DNA from: an uncultured Aquimarina sp.
Lineage (GTDB): Bacteria; Bacteroidota; Bacteroidia; Flavobacteriales; Flavobacteriaceae
Direction: 5' to 3'
Assembly (NCBI GenBank): GCA_947496355.1
Contig: CANMCO010000012.1
Span: forward strand, 9,705 to 73,704
DNA length: 64,000 nucleotides
Each line of letters starts with the position of its first letter. Within the stretch, counting starts at the first letter, position 1. This document shows positions 45,965 through 57,487 of the stretch, one piece after another. Under the pieces are notes generated by a model that was not told the DNA's origin, did not search any database, and worked only from the letters and a program-made list of their open reading frames with translations. Made by a program: the position numbers and the translations under genes.

Positions 45965-48349
45965 ATGCGAAAGTTTCCCTCACTAATTACTCTCTTGATT
46001 CTACTTACTTCTTTATTTTATACTTTTTATAGCAGTAAATCACACTCAATAACCGATCTGGAAACTCCTAAACAGGAATTCTCAACGCTTCGTGCTTTAG
46101 AACATGTAAAAGCAATTTCTGAAGTACCTCATTACTTGGGTAGTGCTGGACACAATGATACTAAAAACTATATCGTAAATGAATTAATAAAATTGGGGCT
46201 AAAACCCGAAATCCAAGAGGGATATTCTGTTGGTAAATCAGGTAATTTTAGCAAACCTCAAAACATCCTTGCTAAAATTAAAGGAAGCAGTGGTAGAAAG
46301 GCGTTATTGCTCATGTCGCATTATGACAGTTCGCAACATTCTTCGTATGGAGCAAGTGACGCAGGTAGTGGTGTAGCTACTATCTTAGAAGGTGTTAGAG
46401 CATATTTAGCAACAAACAAAGTGCCTAAGAATGATATTATTATTTGTATAACCGATGGGGAAGAACTTGGATTAAATGGTGCCGATCTTTTTGTAAAAAA
46501 ACACCCTTGGGCCAAAAATGTAGGGCTTGCACTTAATTTTGAAGCTAGAGGAAGTGGTGGAGATTCGTATATGCTTATGGAAACCAATGGTAAGAATGGA
46601 AAAATGATTACCGAGTTTTCAAAAGCAGGTGTAAGATACCCTGTTACCAATTCATTGGCGTATAGTATTTATAAAATGTTACCAAACGATACCGATCTTA
46701 CTGTTTTTAGAGAACAAGGAGACATAGATGGGTTTAATTTTGCTTTTATAGATGATCACTTTGATTACCATACTGCAAACGATACTTGGCAAAATTTAGA
46801 TTTAACTACACTACAACATCAAGGTAATTATCTAATGCCACTACTCTCTTATTTCTCTGAGGTCGATATTACAAACATGAAATCGGATCAGGATTACATA
46901 TATTTTAATACTCCTGTCTTTAACCTTATTAAATACCCTTTTAGCTGGATATTTGGTTTATTAATTATCGCTATTATCCTATTTATTGGATTAATATTTT
47001 ATGGGAAAATCACTTATCGAATCGACTTCAAAGAAGTTTTAAAAGGTTTTGGAATATTTCTTTTGACCATGAATCTGGCTGGGTTTTTAACTTTCGGTAT
47101 CTGGGAGTTACTCAAAATTATCTATCCTCAGTATCGAGAAATCCAACACGGGTTCACCTATAATGGGTATATATATGTTTCTCTTTTTATAATACTATCA
47201 CTAGCCATTTGTTTTAAAATATATGCTCGGTTTGGAAAACCCCAGAATATACCAAGTTTGATGATAGCACCATTATTTATGTGGTTAGTACTCTCGGCAC
47301 TGGCAGCTATATATTTAAAAGGTGCCAGTTATTTTATAATCATTGTAATTTTTGGATTGATTTCCTTATTTGTACTTATACGACAAAAGGAACCTAATCC
47401 ATTATTAATGGTGGCCTTAGCACTCCCAACCATCTTTATTTTATCACCATTTATAGCTTCTTTTCCTGTAGCTCTAGGTCTTAATATTCTTTTTGTATCT
47501 GCGGTCTTATCTGTAATACTATTTGGCGTATTGCTTCCAGTAGTCGGATTTTACAAAAGAAAAAATCTCTTGGGCAACCTTGGTCTTGTATTTTCATTAG
47601 CATTCTTAATAGTGGCTCACTTAAAATCTGACACTACAGAAAGTCGTCAAAAACCTAATAGTCTTGTTTATATTCTCGATACAGATCAAAACAATGCAGT
47701 CTGGGCTTCTTATGATAAAACACTTGATTCCTGGACTAAGAATTATATCAACCCAGAAGAAAATATAGCAGAAACGTATAATGCGAATGCATTACAAAGT
47801 AAATACGGACGATCTTTTGCATACGCCAACCAAGCACCCACTAAAAACATAAGGTCACCCAAAATAGACATTAGTAAAGATACTCTAATAGGAGATAAAA
47901 GACATTTAGATATATGTATAGCACCACAAAGAGATATTCACAGAATTGATCTTTTTAACGAGACTGTTTTTAATTTTGAGGTATTACATGTAAATGGTGC
48001 AACAGCTCAGGATTTTAAACATTCTGATGGTAATACGTATAACGCCTTTACCAAAAGGTGGAAACATCATTTACTAACCTATTTTGTTAGCAAAAATGAA
48101 CCGTTAGAATTAAAAATGCAGTTTCATAAAGATTCCTTACCAAAATTTGTGCTTTATGAATCCTCTTATGACTTACTCAATAATGAGCATTTCTCGGTTC
48201 CTGCAAGAAGCGCTGCAATGATGCCAAAGCCCTTTGTAGTAAATGATGCCGTCGTAGTTAAAAAGAGTTTTGCTACAGAAGAATATCGGGTAAAGGAAAT
48301 TGATACATTAGCAACTAACCCTACAAAAGATAAGAAGATAAATGAGTAA
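45965..48349 (+). CDS. Membrane-bound M28 family metallopeptidase
   Basis: SHYDS, GASDAGSG, DGEELGL, NFEARGSGG, YHTAND, followed by many TM helices. Confidence 0.92.
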   Translation: MRKFPSLITLLILLTSLFYTFYSSKSHSITDLETPKQEFSTLRALEHVKAISEVPHYLGSAGHNDTKNYIVNELIKLGLKPEIQEGYSVGKSGNFSKPQNILAKIKGSSGRKALLLMSHYDSSQHSSYGASDAGSGVATILEGVRAYLATNKVPKNDIIICITDGEELGLNGADLFVKKHPWAKNVGLALNFEARGSGGDSYMLMETNGKNGKMITEFSKAGVRYPVTNSLAYSIYKMLPNDTDLTVFREQGDIDGFNFAFIDDHFDYHTANDTWQNLDLTTLQHQGNYLMPLLSYFSEVDITNMKSDQDYIYFNTPVFNLIKYPFSWIFGLLIIAIILFIGLIFYGKITYRIDFKEVLKGFGIFLLTMNLAGFLTFGIWELLKIIYPQYREIQHGFTYNGYIYVSLFIILSLAICFKIYARFGKPQNIPSLMIAPLFMWLVLSALAAIYLKGASYFIIIVIFGLISLFVLIRQKEPNPLLMVALALPTIFILSPFIASFPVALGLNILFVSAVLSVILFGVLLPVVGFYKRKNLLGNLGLVFSLAFLIVAHLKSDTTESRQKPNSLVYILDTDQNNAVWASYDKTLDSWTKNYINPEENIAETYNANALQSKYGRSFAYANQAPTKNIRSPKIDISKDTLIGDKRHLDICIAPQRDIHRIDLFNETVFNFEVLHVNGATAQDFKHSDGNTYNAFTKRWKHHLLTYFVSKNEPLELKMQFHKDSLPKFVLYESSYDLLNNEHFSVPARSAAMMPKPFVVNDAVVVKKSFATEEYRVKEIDTLATNPTKDKKINE

Positions 48350-49157
48350 GCAGGTCAGCATTCTAGGAACAGGTTGGCTTGGATTTCCGTTAGCGCAAGC
48401 CTTAATACATGAAAAATACATCGTAAAAGGTTCTACTACTTCAGAAAACAAGATTAAAACCTTAAAAAGTACAGGTATTATCGGGTATCAAATTGTTCTT
48501 AGTGAAGAAGGGCCCATTGGGGACATAATCAAGTTTCTTGATGGTAGTGAGGTGCTAATTATTAATATCCCGCCAGGGTTGAGACGAAATCCCGAAATAA
48601 ATTTTGTAGCTAAAATCCAGAATCTAGTACCTTATATCGAAAAATCGACTGTCCAAAATGTGCTTTTCGTGAGTTCTACCTCTGTTTTTGCAGATTTAGA
48701 AGGGTTTCCGTTGATTTCTGAAGAAACCACACCTAACGCTACTTCTAACGCCGGAAAACAGCTTATTGAAGCTGAGCGTCTGCTACAAAATAACACTGCA
48801 TTCAAAACTACTATTTTACGTTTTGCAGGTTTGTTTGGTCCACACAGACATCCTGCCAATATGCTATCCAAAAGAAGTAATATCAAGAACCCTAAAGCCC
48901 CTGTAAATCTTATCCATTTGAATGATTGTATTGGGGTAATTCAAAAAATTACAGAAATGGAAAAATGGAATGAAGTGTTTCATGCCTCCTATCCCGATCA
49001 TCCCAAAAAAGCAGAATATTACGGAATGGTTTGCAAACAAATGGGGTTACCCATACCAGATTATGATTTTGAGACAATTTCTAAGGGCAAGATTATTGAA
49101 TCACTAAAAGTTCAAGATGTTTTGGAGTATCGCTATTTAAAAGACCTTACATCATAA
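48342..49157 (+). CDS. NAD-dependent epimerase/SDR-like oxidoreductase (YeeZ-like)
   Basis: ILGTGWLG Rossmann motif, FVSSTSV, ILRFAGLFGP, VNLIHLND. Confidence 0.85.
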   Translation: MSKQVSILGTGWLGFPLAQALIHEKYIVKGSTTSENKIKTLKSTGIIGYQIVLSEEGPIGDIIKFLDGSEVLIINIPPGLRRNPEINFVAKIQNLVPYIEKSTVQNVLFVSSTSVFADLEGFPLISEETTPNATSNAGKQLIEAERLLQNNTAFKTTILRFAGLFGPHRHPANMLSKRSNIKNPKAPVNLIHLNDCIGVIQKITEMEKWNEVFHASYPDHPKKAEYYGMVCKQMGLPIPDYDFETISKGKIIESLKVQDVLEYRYLKDLTS

Positions 49158-49606
49158 CCTTTCACAAGATTTAGTGTAATATTTACTTTACTAACCTAAC
49201 CTTAAAACTTTAGTTAAGTTTCCTTTCTAAAGCAAATACAAAAAAACGCATTGCATAGTTACAAGAGTAATCGTTTAGACTGTCTTGTATATACCGTCTA
49301 TCTTATTTAAGCGGTATTTATCAATATATTTTCTAAAAGAATCCTAAATCTTAATGTTTTTAACAAAAAACAATATTAAGATAATACTTACGTTAACAAA
49401 ACGGAGCTATACAATAATAAATTTTATAAACAATTAATAATTAAAATGTTATAAAAAAATTAAGCAACATAGTTAACGTTTAATCAGGTAAAAATGATTT
49501 TTAGCGAAAACTTAATAAGGTTTTCTCCAAATTTATTTTACTAATTACTATTTGAACTAATTATGTTATTGACATCAAATTTCTAGTAACTAACCAAAAT
49601 AAAGCG

Positions 49607-50047
49607 ATGAAAAAGTGTTTATTAATTATTTGTATACTATCTATTAATGGATCGTATGCTCAACAAGAACCAATTATTATACAAAATGAATATAATAATG
49701 TTATCGAGGAATCAGAACAACAAAATAGCACATCTCTACGTGTCGATAATTTAAAATATTCTATGGAAGAATACGAGTCTATGGTAAAAAGAGGTAAAGA
49801 GCTTACGGCTATACTTGAGGAACACGACAAATTAATGCAGGAAGGGTCTATGACCAAGAAACAGATCAAAAACTGGAAAAGAGATGTGATAGAAGCTAAA
49901 CTCCTTAATTATAGGATTGGTGATTTTACATCTGCCTATATAAGAGAAGGGTATTCATTAATTGATCATATAAGTCAAGATGTGTTAAGCGATTATTATG
50001 ATTTTTCTAAAAAACTGGAGTCTTCCTCGCAATATGCAGGCTTTTAG
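49607..50047 (+). CDS. Secreted hypothetical protein
   Basis: Signal peptide MKKCLLIICILSINGSYAQ; mostly helical; no motif recognised. Confidence 0.65.
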   Translation: MKKCLLIICILSINGSYAQQEPIIIQNEYNNVIEESEQQNSTSLRVDNLKYSMEEYESMVKRGKELTAILEEHDKLMQEGSMTKKQIKNWKRDVIEAKLLNYRIGDFTSAYIREGYSLIDHISQDVLSDYYDFSKKLESSSQYAGF

Positions 50048-50087
50048 AAGACACTTTTATCAAGCCGAATAAAATACAAAATACCAC

Positions 50088-50125
50088 AACACCTCTTTTT
50101 CAATGTAAAACGGAGGTGTTTTTTT
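50088..50125 (+). terminator. Probable intrinsic terminator
   Basis: aacacctc...gaggtgtt stem followed by a T-tract. Confidence 0.6.
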
Positions 50126-50274
50126 ATACAAACTCAGCTACTATAGAATAAATAAGCTATTAACGTATCGTTATTATTACTATCCAAATTTTACAATCCC
50201 AATATCATTTTTTATATTAAATTGCTCATGTAAAAAATCCTTATTAGAGATTTGTGATAATTTTTTAAATAAAA

Positions 50275-52467
50275 CTATTTCTTTAGACTATACTTTGGGT
50301 GACCCACTTGCCAAAAAGCAAAAGAGTAAACATCTGCCAATTGCTCAAATCCTTTAGACTTTGTATCATTAATACCATGACCAGATTCATAATCTACACG
50401 AAAAACGATTGGTTTTTCGGAACTATTAGATGCCTGTAATTTTGCAGCAAACTTTCCTGGTTGCCAAGCAATCACACGAGGATCATTCATACCAGTAGTA
50501 ATTAAAGTTGCAGGGTATTTTGTGCCTTTTTCAATATGTAAATAAGAATCCATCTCTATTAATGCTTTACATTCTACCTCATTAGTACTTACCCCAAATT
50601 CCTTTGTATTATTAGGCCCGTTAGGAGTTACCTCATTTCTTAACGGGTTCATCATTCCAACCTCAGGGATCGCAACCGCAAAAAGATCAGGTCTTTCTGT
50701 CATTGCTCTTCCAATCAATATACCTCCTGCACTCCCACCATGAATTACAGTTTTATCTTTTGATGTGTATCCTTCTTCTATCATATATTCTGTACAAGAG
50801 ATAAGGTCTTTCCAAGTATTAGGTTTTGTAGTTTTTTTACCTGATTGATACCACTTGTCACCTTTTTCACCTCCTCCTCTAACATGAACTATACAAAAAA
50901 TACCTCCTTCTTCAACCCAAGTAAGTCGTGATGTAGAGAAAAAAGGACGATAGGATACACCATAAGAACCATATCCTAGAAAAAGTACTGGGTTATTTCC
51001 ATTTAATTCAATATCCTTTTTGTGAATAATCGACAAAGGTATTTCTTCGCCATCATGACCCGATACTAAAACTTCCTTAACAACAAAATCATTAAATTCT
51101 GGATAGTTGGTTTCTGGAGTAAGGTTCTCCTTTTTAAACTCTTTTTTATCAGAATCATATTTATAACGAATAAAATCATTTTTCCATCCCATCGATGAAA
51201 CCCAAATATCTGGAAAATTAGCACCTTTGAAATCCATGTTTACCCTACCTGAAGCTCCTGGTAAAGAAATCTCAGTTTTTTTACTTTTATTTTGATGATA
51301 TAATTTTCCCTCCACTCCATTCTTAGTTGTTGTAAAGTACATTCCATCAGAAGCAAACCCAAAAGTTCTTAAAACTTCATCTTCTTTTTCTTCAACCAAT
51401 ACTTCAGGATTATCAAAATCCGCATCAACTATTGAAGTTTTTAGTATTCTAAAATTTGGTGCGTTTATAGCAGACATAAAAATAAAATTATCTCCTCTAA
51501 ATGTCCCCCCTTTTATTTTATCTTCTTTTTTATAAAGCTCTTTCCACTGAATTTTTCCGTTTAGCACATCCTTAACCTCCGCATAATAACAATCATAATA
51601 CGCTGTTGCCCCTCCTATATAACCAAACATATACTTGTCATTTTTAGATTGAATAGAAGCGATAGGGAAATCTTGCGGAGACAATCCTAGTTCTGGTTGT
51701 GCTTCCCTGCCAAGTAATACATTTAGCTCTTTTGGGTCATCTCCTATTTTATAAAGAACAGATTTCATATCTTTCAAAAAACGATCAGATGTGTGATCAA
51801 TTTCAGGATAGTGTAAATACATAAAACCACTATTATCAGGAAGCCAGCTAACTCCTCCTCCATCAGAAGGCCAACAATGATCAATTACTTCTAATAGAGG
51901 CTTTCTCGTCTTCATATCAATAATGATTATTTCAGAAATTTCAGCTCCACTATGAGTCATTGCTACAACCACATAAGATCCATCCCAACTAGGCTTGACA
52001 TAATTGATGACATAGGTATTACCTAATTCAGGTTTAAAATTCTTCGGATCATATAGTAATTCATCTTCACTATTAAAGTTTTTTCGATAATACAAATGAG
52101 CGACATCCTCATTAGCTTCCTGTTTTAAGAAGAAGTATTCATCTTTTTCTGTAACATTAATCTGAGTAACTCGATATGATTTTCTTCTGTCATAACCTAT
52201 CATTTTTTTAACAAGCTCTTCTCTTCCTGATATTTTTTTTAGAATATCATTAGCGAACTTTTCTTCATCCTTAAACCATTTGAGGACTAATGAATCGTCT
52301 AAATTTTCAATATTTCTGTAATCATCGAGTATTGTAGTTCCAAAGTATGTTTCAGATATAGGTTCTGATGGAGCTACTGGGTAATCAAAAGATACTTTTT
52401 TTTCTTCTACGTTTTGGTTACAACTTGTACAGAAAATAATAATTAGGAAGAATAAAATATTTTTCAT
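50275..52467 (-). CDS. Prolyl oligopeptidase (S9A) lipoprotein
   Basis: Lipobox FCTS-C; GYGSYG, RGGGE, GGSAGG nucleophile elbow, DPRV, SGHG triad. Confidence 0.92.
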   Translation of the reverse strand: MKNILFFLIIIFCTSCNQNVEEKKVSFDYPVAPSEPISETYFGTTILDDYRNIENLDDSLVLKWFKDEEKFANDILKKISGREELVKKMIGYDRRKSYRVTQINVTEKDEYFFLKQEANEDVAHLYYRKNFNSEDELLYDPKNFKPELGNTYVINYVKPSWDGSYVVVAMTHSGAEISEIIIIDMKTRKPLLEVIDHCWPSDGGGVSWLPDNSGFMYLHYPEIDHTSDRFLKDMKSVLYKIGDDPKELNVLLGREAQPELGLSPQDFPIASIQSKNDKYMFGYIGGATAYYDCYYAEVKDVLNGKIQWKELYKKEDKIKGGTFRGDNFIFMSAINAPNFRILKTSIVDADFDNPEVLVEEKEDEVLRTFGFASDGMYFTTTKNGVEGKLYHQNKSKKTEISLPGASGRVNMDFKGANFPDIWVSSMGWKNDFIRYKYDSDKKEFKKENLTPETNYPEFNDFVVKEVLVSGHDGEEIPLSIIHKKDIELNGNNPVLFLGYGSYGVSYRPFFSTSRLTWVEEGGIFCIVHVRGGGEKGDKWYQSGKKTTKPNTWKDLISCTEYMIEEGYTSKDKTVIHGGSAGGILIGRAMTERPDLFAVAIPEVGMMNPLRNEVTPNGPNNTKEFGVSTNEVECKALIEMDSYLHIEKGTKYPATLITTGMNDPRVIAWQPGKFAAKLQASNSSEKPIVFRVDYESGHGINDTKSKGFEQLADVYSFAFWQVGHPKYSLKK

Positions 52468-52563
52468 TTGTTTGATTTGATGATTTGTTGAATGTTAAAT
52501 TAATGATATAAAGGTATAACACTTCTCGATTATTAATGTGTATAGTGATGAAAATGTTACTAT

Positions 52564-52598
52564 AAAAAAACCGAAGCATTTACATACTTCGGTTTTTT
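52564..52598 (-). terminator. Intrinsic terminator of the sdh operon
   Basis: aaaaaaccgaag...cttcggtttttt. Confidence 0.75.
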
Positions 52599-52618
52599 AT
52601 TTATAAGCTTTGCAGCTT

Positions 52619-53365
52619 TTATCCTTTCAAGCTCGCTTTCAAATATTCACGGTTCATTCGCGCAATATTCTCTAATGATATTCCTTTTGGACATTCGATC
52701 TCACATGCACCTGTATTAGTACAGTTTCCAAAACCTTCTTCATCCATTTGATTTACCATTGCCAATACACGATCGGTTGCCTCTACCTGGCCTTGCGGTA
52801 ATAATGCAAACTGTGAAACTTTGGCTGATGTAAATAACATTGCTGATGCATTTTTACATGCCGCTACGCAAGCACCACAACCAATACACGTTGCGGCCTC
52901 AAAAGACTCATCTGCATCATCCTTATTTACAGGAATAGCATTTGCATCTATCGTATTACCAGACGTATTTACAGAAACATACCCTCCTGCTTGTTGAATT
53001 CTATCAAAAGAACTACGATCAACCATCAAATCCTTAACTACAGGAAATGCTTTGGCTCTAAATGGTTCGATATAAATCGTATCTCCATCGTTAAACTTAC
53101 GCATGTGTAATTGACAAGTAGTGACCAAACGGTCAGGACCGTGCGGTTCTCCGTTAATTTGCAAAGAACAAGCTCCGCAGATTCCTTCTCTACAGTCATG
53201 ATCAAATACTACAGGATCATCTCCTTTAGTAATTAGTTGTTCGTTTAACACGTCTAACATTTCTAAAAAAGACATGTCACCTTCAATTCCTTTCACTTGA
53301 TAGTCTACTATCGATCCTTGTGATGCAGCATCTTTTTGACGCCATATTTTTAGTGTAAGATTCAT
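52619..53365 (-). CDS. sdhB: Succinate dehydrogenase/fumarate reductase iron-sulfur subunit
   Basis: [32 protein letters not shown]. Confidence 0.95.
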   Translation of the reverse strand: MNLTLKIWRQKDAASQGSIVDYQVKGIEGDMSFLEMLDVLNEQLITKGDDPVVFDHDCREGICGACSLQINGEPHGPDRLVTTCQLHMRKFNDGDTIYIEPFRAKAFPVVKDLMVDRSSFDRIQQAGGYVSVNTSGNTIDANAIPVNKDDADESFEAATCIGCGACVAACKNASAMLFTSAKVSQFALLPQGQVEATDRVLAMVNQMDEEGFGNCTNTGACEIECPKGISLENIARMNREYLKASLKG

Positions 53366-53371
53366 AGCTTT

Positions 53372-55387
53372 TTATTTATAAGAACGTGTTTTTAATTCAA
53401 TGTTTTCAAAGACTAAGTCTTCTTTATGTAATTGTGCATCTTTAGGCTCTCCTTTATACTCCCATGCAGAAACATACTTGAAGTTTGTATCGTCTCGCAA
53501 TGCTTCACCTTTTTGCTCACCAGATTGTTCTACGGATTCTTCTCTAAAGTGCCCTCCACAAGATTCATTACGATCTAGTGCATCTTTTGCAAACAATTCT
53601 CCTAATTCTAAGAAATCAGCCACTCTTCCGGCCTTTTCTAATTCAGGATTCATACTATTTGCCGTTCCCGGAACTTTTACATTTTTCCAGAAATCTTCAC
53701 GTAAAGCTGCGATCTCATCAATTGCAGATTTTAAATCTTTTTCATTACGAGACATCCCGCATTTGTTCCACATTATTTTACCTAATTTCTTATGGTAATA
53801 ATCTACAGAGTGTTCTCCTGATCCGTCCATCAGCTTTTCTATACGATCTTTTACATCTTTCTCCGCCTGATCAAACTCTGGTGTATCTGTTGGGATTTTT
53901 CCGGTACGAATATCATGAGATAAGTAATCTCCAATCGTATATGGTAACACAAAATATCCATCCGCAAGACCCTGCATCAATGCCGATGCACCAAGTCTAT
54001 TAGCACCGTGGTCTGAGAAGTTTGCTTCTCCTGCAGCATAACATCCAGGAATGGTTGTCTGCAAGTTGTAATCTACCCAAAGACCTCCCATTGTATAATG
54101 CACCGCAGGATAAATCATCATAGGTGTTTTATACGGGTTTTCATCTACGATCTTCTCATACATCTGGAACAGGTTACCGTACTTATCTTCGATTATCTTT
54201 TCTCCTAATGCAGTAATTTCTTCCTTTGAAGGGTTATGCATCCCAGATGTTAATGCTTTTTCTTTTCCGTATCGTTGGATAGCTGCTGCAAAATCAAGAT
54301 ATACAGCCTCTCCTGTTTTATTTACTCCAAAACCAGCATCACAACGCTCTTTAGCTGCTCTAGAAGCCACATCACGGGGCACTAGGTTACCAAAAGCAGG
54401 ATAACGACGTTCTAAGTAATAATCTCTTTCTTCTTCAGACAACTGCGTTGGCTTTAATTTACCTGCTCGTATTGCTTCAGCATCTTCAATTCTTTTTGGC
54501 ACCCAAATACGACCATCATTACGTAATGATTCAGACATTAACGTTAATTTAGACTGATGATCTCCCGATACCGGAATACATGTAGGGTGAATTTGTGTAT
54601 AGCAAGGATTTGCAAAGAACGCCCCTCTTCGGTGAGCTCTCCACGCTGCCATTACATTACTTCCCATAGCATTGGTACTCAAAAAGAATACATTTCCATA
54701 TCCACCTGATGCTAATACCACAGCATGTGCAGAATGTCTTTCTATTTCTCCTGTAACCAGATTACGAGCAATAATACCTCTTGCTTTACCATCGATTTTT
54801 ACCAAATCCAGCATTTCATGACGGTTAAAAGCCTGTATTTTACCTCTATTAATCTGCCGATTCATTGCAGAATACGCTCCAAGTAACAATTGTTGCCCTG
54901 TTTGTCCTTTAGCATAAAATGTTCTGGATACCAATACCCCTCCAAATGAACGGTTGTCTAGTAAACCACCGTATTCTCGAGCAAAAGGAACCCCTTGCGC
55001 AACACATTGGTCAATGATATTACTAGAAACCTCTGCCAATCTATATACATTGGCTTCACGAGATCTATAATCTCCTCCTTTTATTGTATCATAAAATAAA
55101 CGGTAATCAGAATCACCATCTCCCTGGTAATTTTTTGCAGCATTGATTCCTCCTTGTGCAGCAATTGAGTGTGCACGTCTAGGGGAATCTTGATAACAGA
55201 ATGTTTTTACATTATAACCAAGCTCAGCTAATGTAGCAGCTGCGCTTCCTCCTGCTAATCCTGTTCCAACAACAATAACATCTATATTACGCTTATTGGC
55301 CGGGTTAACCAGGTTAATTGTATTTTTATGTTTTGTCCACTTATCTGCCAGTGGACCTTCAGGTATTTTAGAATCTAAAATTGACAT
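53372..55387 (-). CDS. sdhA: Succinate dehydrogenase/fumarate reductase flavoprotein subunit
   Basis: [17 protein letters not shown] (FAD-His), QIHPT, HYTMGG, HGANRLG. Confidence 0.95.
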   Translation of the reverse strand: MSILDSKIPEGPLADKWTKHKNTINLVNPANKRNIDVIVVGTGLAGGSAAATLAELGYNVKTFCYQDSPRRAHSIAAQGGINAAKNYQGDGDSDYRLFYDTIKGGDYRSREANVYRLAEVSSNIIDQCVAQGVPFAREYGGLLDNRSFGGVLVSRTFYAKGQTGQQLLLGAYSAMNRQINRGKIQAFNRHEMLDLVKIDGKARGIIARNLVTGEIERHSAHAVVLASGGYGNVFFLSTNAMGSNVMAAWRAHRRGAFFANPCYTQIHPTCIPVSGDHQSKLTLMSESLRNDGRIWVPKRIEDAEAIRAGKLKPTQLSEEERDYYLERRYPAFGNLVPRDVASRAAKERCDAGFGVNKTGEAVYLDFAAAIQRYGKEKALTSGMHNPSKEEITALGEKIIEDKYGNLFQMYEKIVDENPYKTPMMIYPAVHYTMGGLWVDYNLQTTIPGCYAAGEANFSDHGANRLGASALMQGLADGYFVLPYTIGDYLSHDIRTGKIPTDTPEFDQAEKDVKDRIEKLMDGSGEHSVDYYHKKLGKIMWNKCGMSRNEKDLKSAIDEIAALREDFWKNVKVPGTANSMNPELEKAGRVADFLELGELFAKDALDRNESCGGHFREESVEQSGEQKGEALRDDTNFKYVSAWEYKGEPKDAQLHKEDLVFENIELKTRSYK

Positions 55388-55400
55388 AATAGTGGTTTTT

Positions 55401-56060
55401 TTAATGAGTTAAATGAAGTATTATCGCTATAACTATAAATCCTAATGGGATTATAATTGAAAAAGCCTTAGCAAACTTAGTTGCCGCTACAGAATACTTA
55501 TTATTAAATCCTACAGATTGAAATGAAGACGCAAATCCGTGCCATAGGTGTAACGCTAAAAACACAAATGAAACTACATATAACCCAGTGCGCACAGGAC
55601 TTTCAAATCTGTGTAACAACTCTGGATAATAACGTGTAGGATCTTCTGGTGCAAATTCTACATATTTATGAACCATTTCTGGAATCCAGAAATCGTAAAA
55701 ATGTAATCCCAAAAATGCAAGAATCACCAATCCAGAATAAATCATATTTCTAGACACCCATGAAGCATTAGCGCCGCCGCTATATTTTGCATACTTAACT
55801 GCTCTCGCATTTCTATTTTTAAGTTCTAATACAAATCCCATTACAAAATGAAAAACTACTCCAAAGATAAGCACAGGTTGTAAAGCGAACTGAACCAAAG
55901 GATTGGTTCCCATAAAATGAGATAGTTCATTAAAAACATCTGCGCTAAAAATTGAAGTAAAATTGATTGTAAAGTGTTGTAATAAGAAGAAAACTAAGAA
56001 AAGTCCCGAAAGTGCCATGGCAACTTTTCTTGCTATTGAAGATTTTATCAATCCACCCAT
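55401..56060 (-). CDS. sdhC: Succinate dehydrogenase cytochrome b subunit
   Basis: Five TM helices with heme His residues (LQHF, VFHF, GLHF, LHLWHG); upstream of sdhA. Confidence 0.92.
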   Translation of the reverse strand: MGGLIKSSIARKVAMALSGLFLVFFLLQHFTINFTSIFSADVFNELSHFMGTNPLVQFALQPVLIFGVVFHFVMGFVLELKNRNARAVKYAKYSGGANASWVSRNMIYSGLVILAFLGLHFYDFWIPEMVHKYVEFAPEDPTRYYPELLHRFESPVRTGLYVVSFVFLALHLWHGFASSFQSVGFNNKYSVAATKFAKAFSIIIPLGFIVIAIILHLTH

Positions 56061-56265
56061 TATTTAAAATGTTTAAAATTTTGAAAAACAAAAATAAGGT
56101 TCGCACACCTTTTTACCAACATTTTCGTCTGTTTATGTCGTATTTATAATGAATTTAAAATACAATTTGCCTTTTGTTTACCCTAAAAAGCGAAATCGTT
56201 TGAGTTAATGATTTAAGATTCAACAAAAAAGATGAATGTAATTAGAAATATGCTAATTTTAGGGC

Positions 56266-57411
56266 ATGCAAAATATCATATCTAAACTTCCGGAAGTATC
56301 TATAACAATATTTACGATAATGAGCAAGCTTGCATCAGAATATGGTGCAATTAACCTATCACAAGGCTTCCCTAATTTTGAAGCTAATCCAGAACTTATA
56401 AATTTAGTTACCCAGGGCATGAAAAAAGGACATAATCAATATGCTCCAATGCCAGGTTCGATGGGGTTAAGAGAAATTATTGCAGAGAAAACCAATACCT
56501 TGTATGGCAGTAATTATCACCCTGACACTGAAATTACAGTAACATCTGGTGCAACACAAGCCATTTTTACAATTATTTCGGCATTTATTAACCCTGGCGA
56601 CGAGGTGATTATTTTTAAACCCGCCTACGATTCTTACGAACCCTCTATCAAATTATTTGGCGGAACGATCGTTCCTATACAACTATCAGCCCCTAATTTT
56701 ACATTAGACTGGCAAGAAGTAGCTTCTAAAATCACTACTAAAACCAAAATGATGATTATCAACTCTCCGCATAACCCAAGCGGAACCGTTTGGTCAAAAG
56801 AAGATATGCTACAATTGGAAAAACTACTTCGGGATACAGATATTATTTTACTGAGCGACGAAGTGTATGAACATATTATTTTTGATGGCCAACAACATGA
56901 GAGCGCGGCTAAATTTTCGGGATTGGCAGAACGCGCTTTTATCACGGCCTCATTTGGAAAAACATTTCATACCACAGGTTGGAAAATGGGATATTGCCTT
57001 GCTCCCAAAGAGTTAATGGTAGAGTTTCGCAAAGTACACCAATTTAATGTCTTCTGTAGTAATCATCCAATGCAATATGCGCTGGCAGAATACTTAAAAG
57101 CTCCTGAGAACTACTTATCTCTTCCCAACTTTTATCAGGAAAAACGTGATAGATTCTTATCTTTAATCAAAGATTCTCGTTTTAGTTTTACTCCTGCTGC
57201 GGGAACCTATTTTCAACTATTGGATTACTCTACAATTACAGATGAAGGTGATGTGGCTTTTGCCGAAAGGTTAACTAAAGAACACAAAATAGCTTCAATC
57301 CCGGTTTCTGTTTTTAATTTAAACCAACAAGATGATAAAGTATTACGATTTTGCTTTGCAAAGACTGAGGAAACGCTAAAACGAGCTGCAGAGATTTTGT
57401 GTGGGATTTAA
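56266..57411 (+). CDS. ybdL: Class I/II PLP aminotransferase (methionine aminotransferase YbdL-like)
   Basis: INLSQGFP, NSPHNPSG, SDEVY, SFGKTFHTTGWKMG, LRFCFAK. Confidence 0.88.
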   Translation: MQNIISKLPEVSITIFTIMSKLASEYGAINLSQGFPNFEANPELINLVTQGMKKGHNQYAPMPGSMGLREIIAEKTNTLYGSNYHPDTEITVTSGATQAIFTIISAFINPGDEVIIFKPAYDSYEPSIKLFGGTIVPIQLSAPNFTLDWQEVASKITTKTKMMIINSPHNPSGTVWSKEDMLQLEKLLRDTDIILLSDEVYEHIIFDGQQHESAAKFSGLAERAFITASFGKTFHTTGWKMGYCLAPKELMVEFRKVHQFNVFCSNHPMQYALAEYLKAPENYLSLPNFYQEKRDRFLSLIKDSRFSFTPAAGTYFQLLDYSTITDEGDVAFAERLTKEHKIASIPVSVFNLNQQDDKVLRFCFAKTEETLKRAAEILCGI

Positions 57412-57450
57412 AGCACAAAAAATCAATTTTGAGTGTTTTTTGAGTATAAA

Positions 57451-57487
57451 TTGATGAAAAAGTATCAAAAAGTCGCTTTTTCATCAA
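57451..57487. terminator. Inverted repeat between convergent ybdL and dinB
   Basis: ttgatgaaaaag ... ctttttcatcaa perfect 12-bp arms. Confidence 0.55.
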
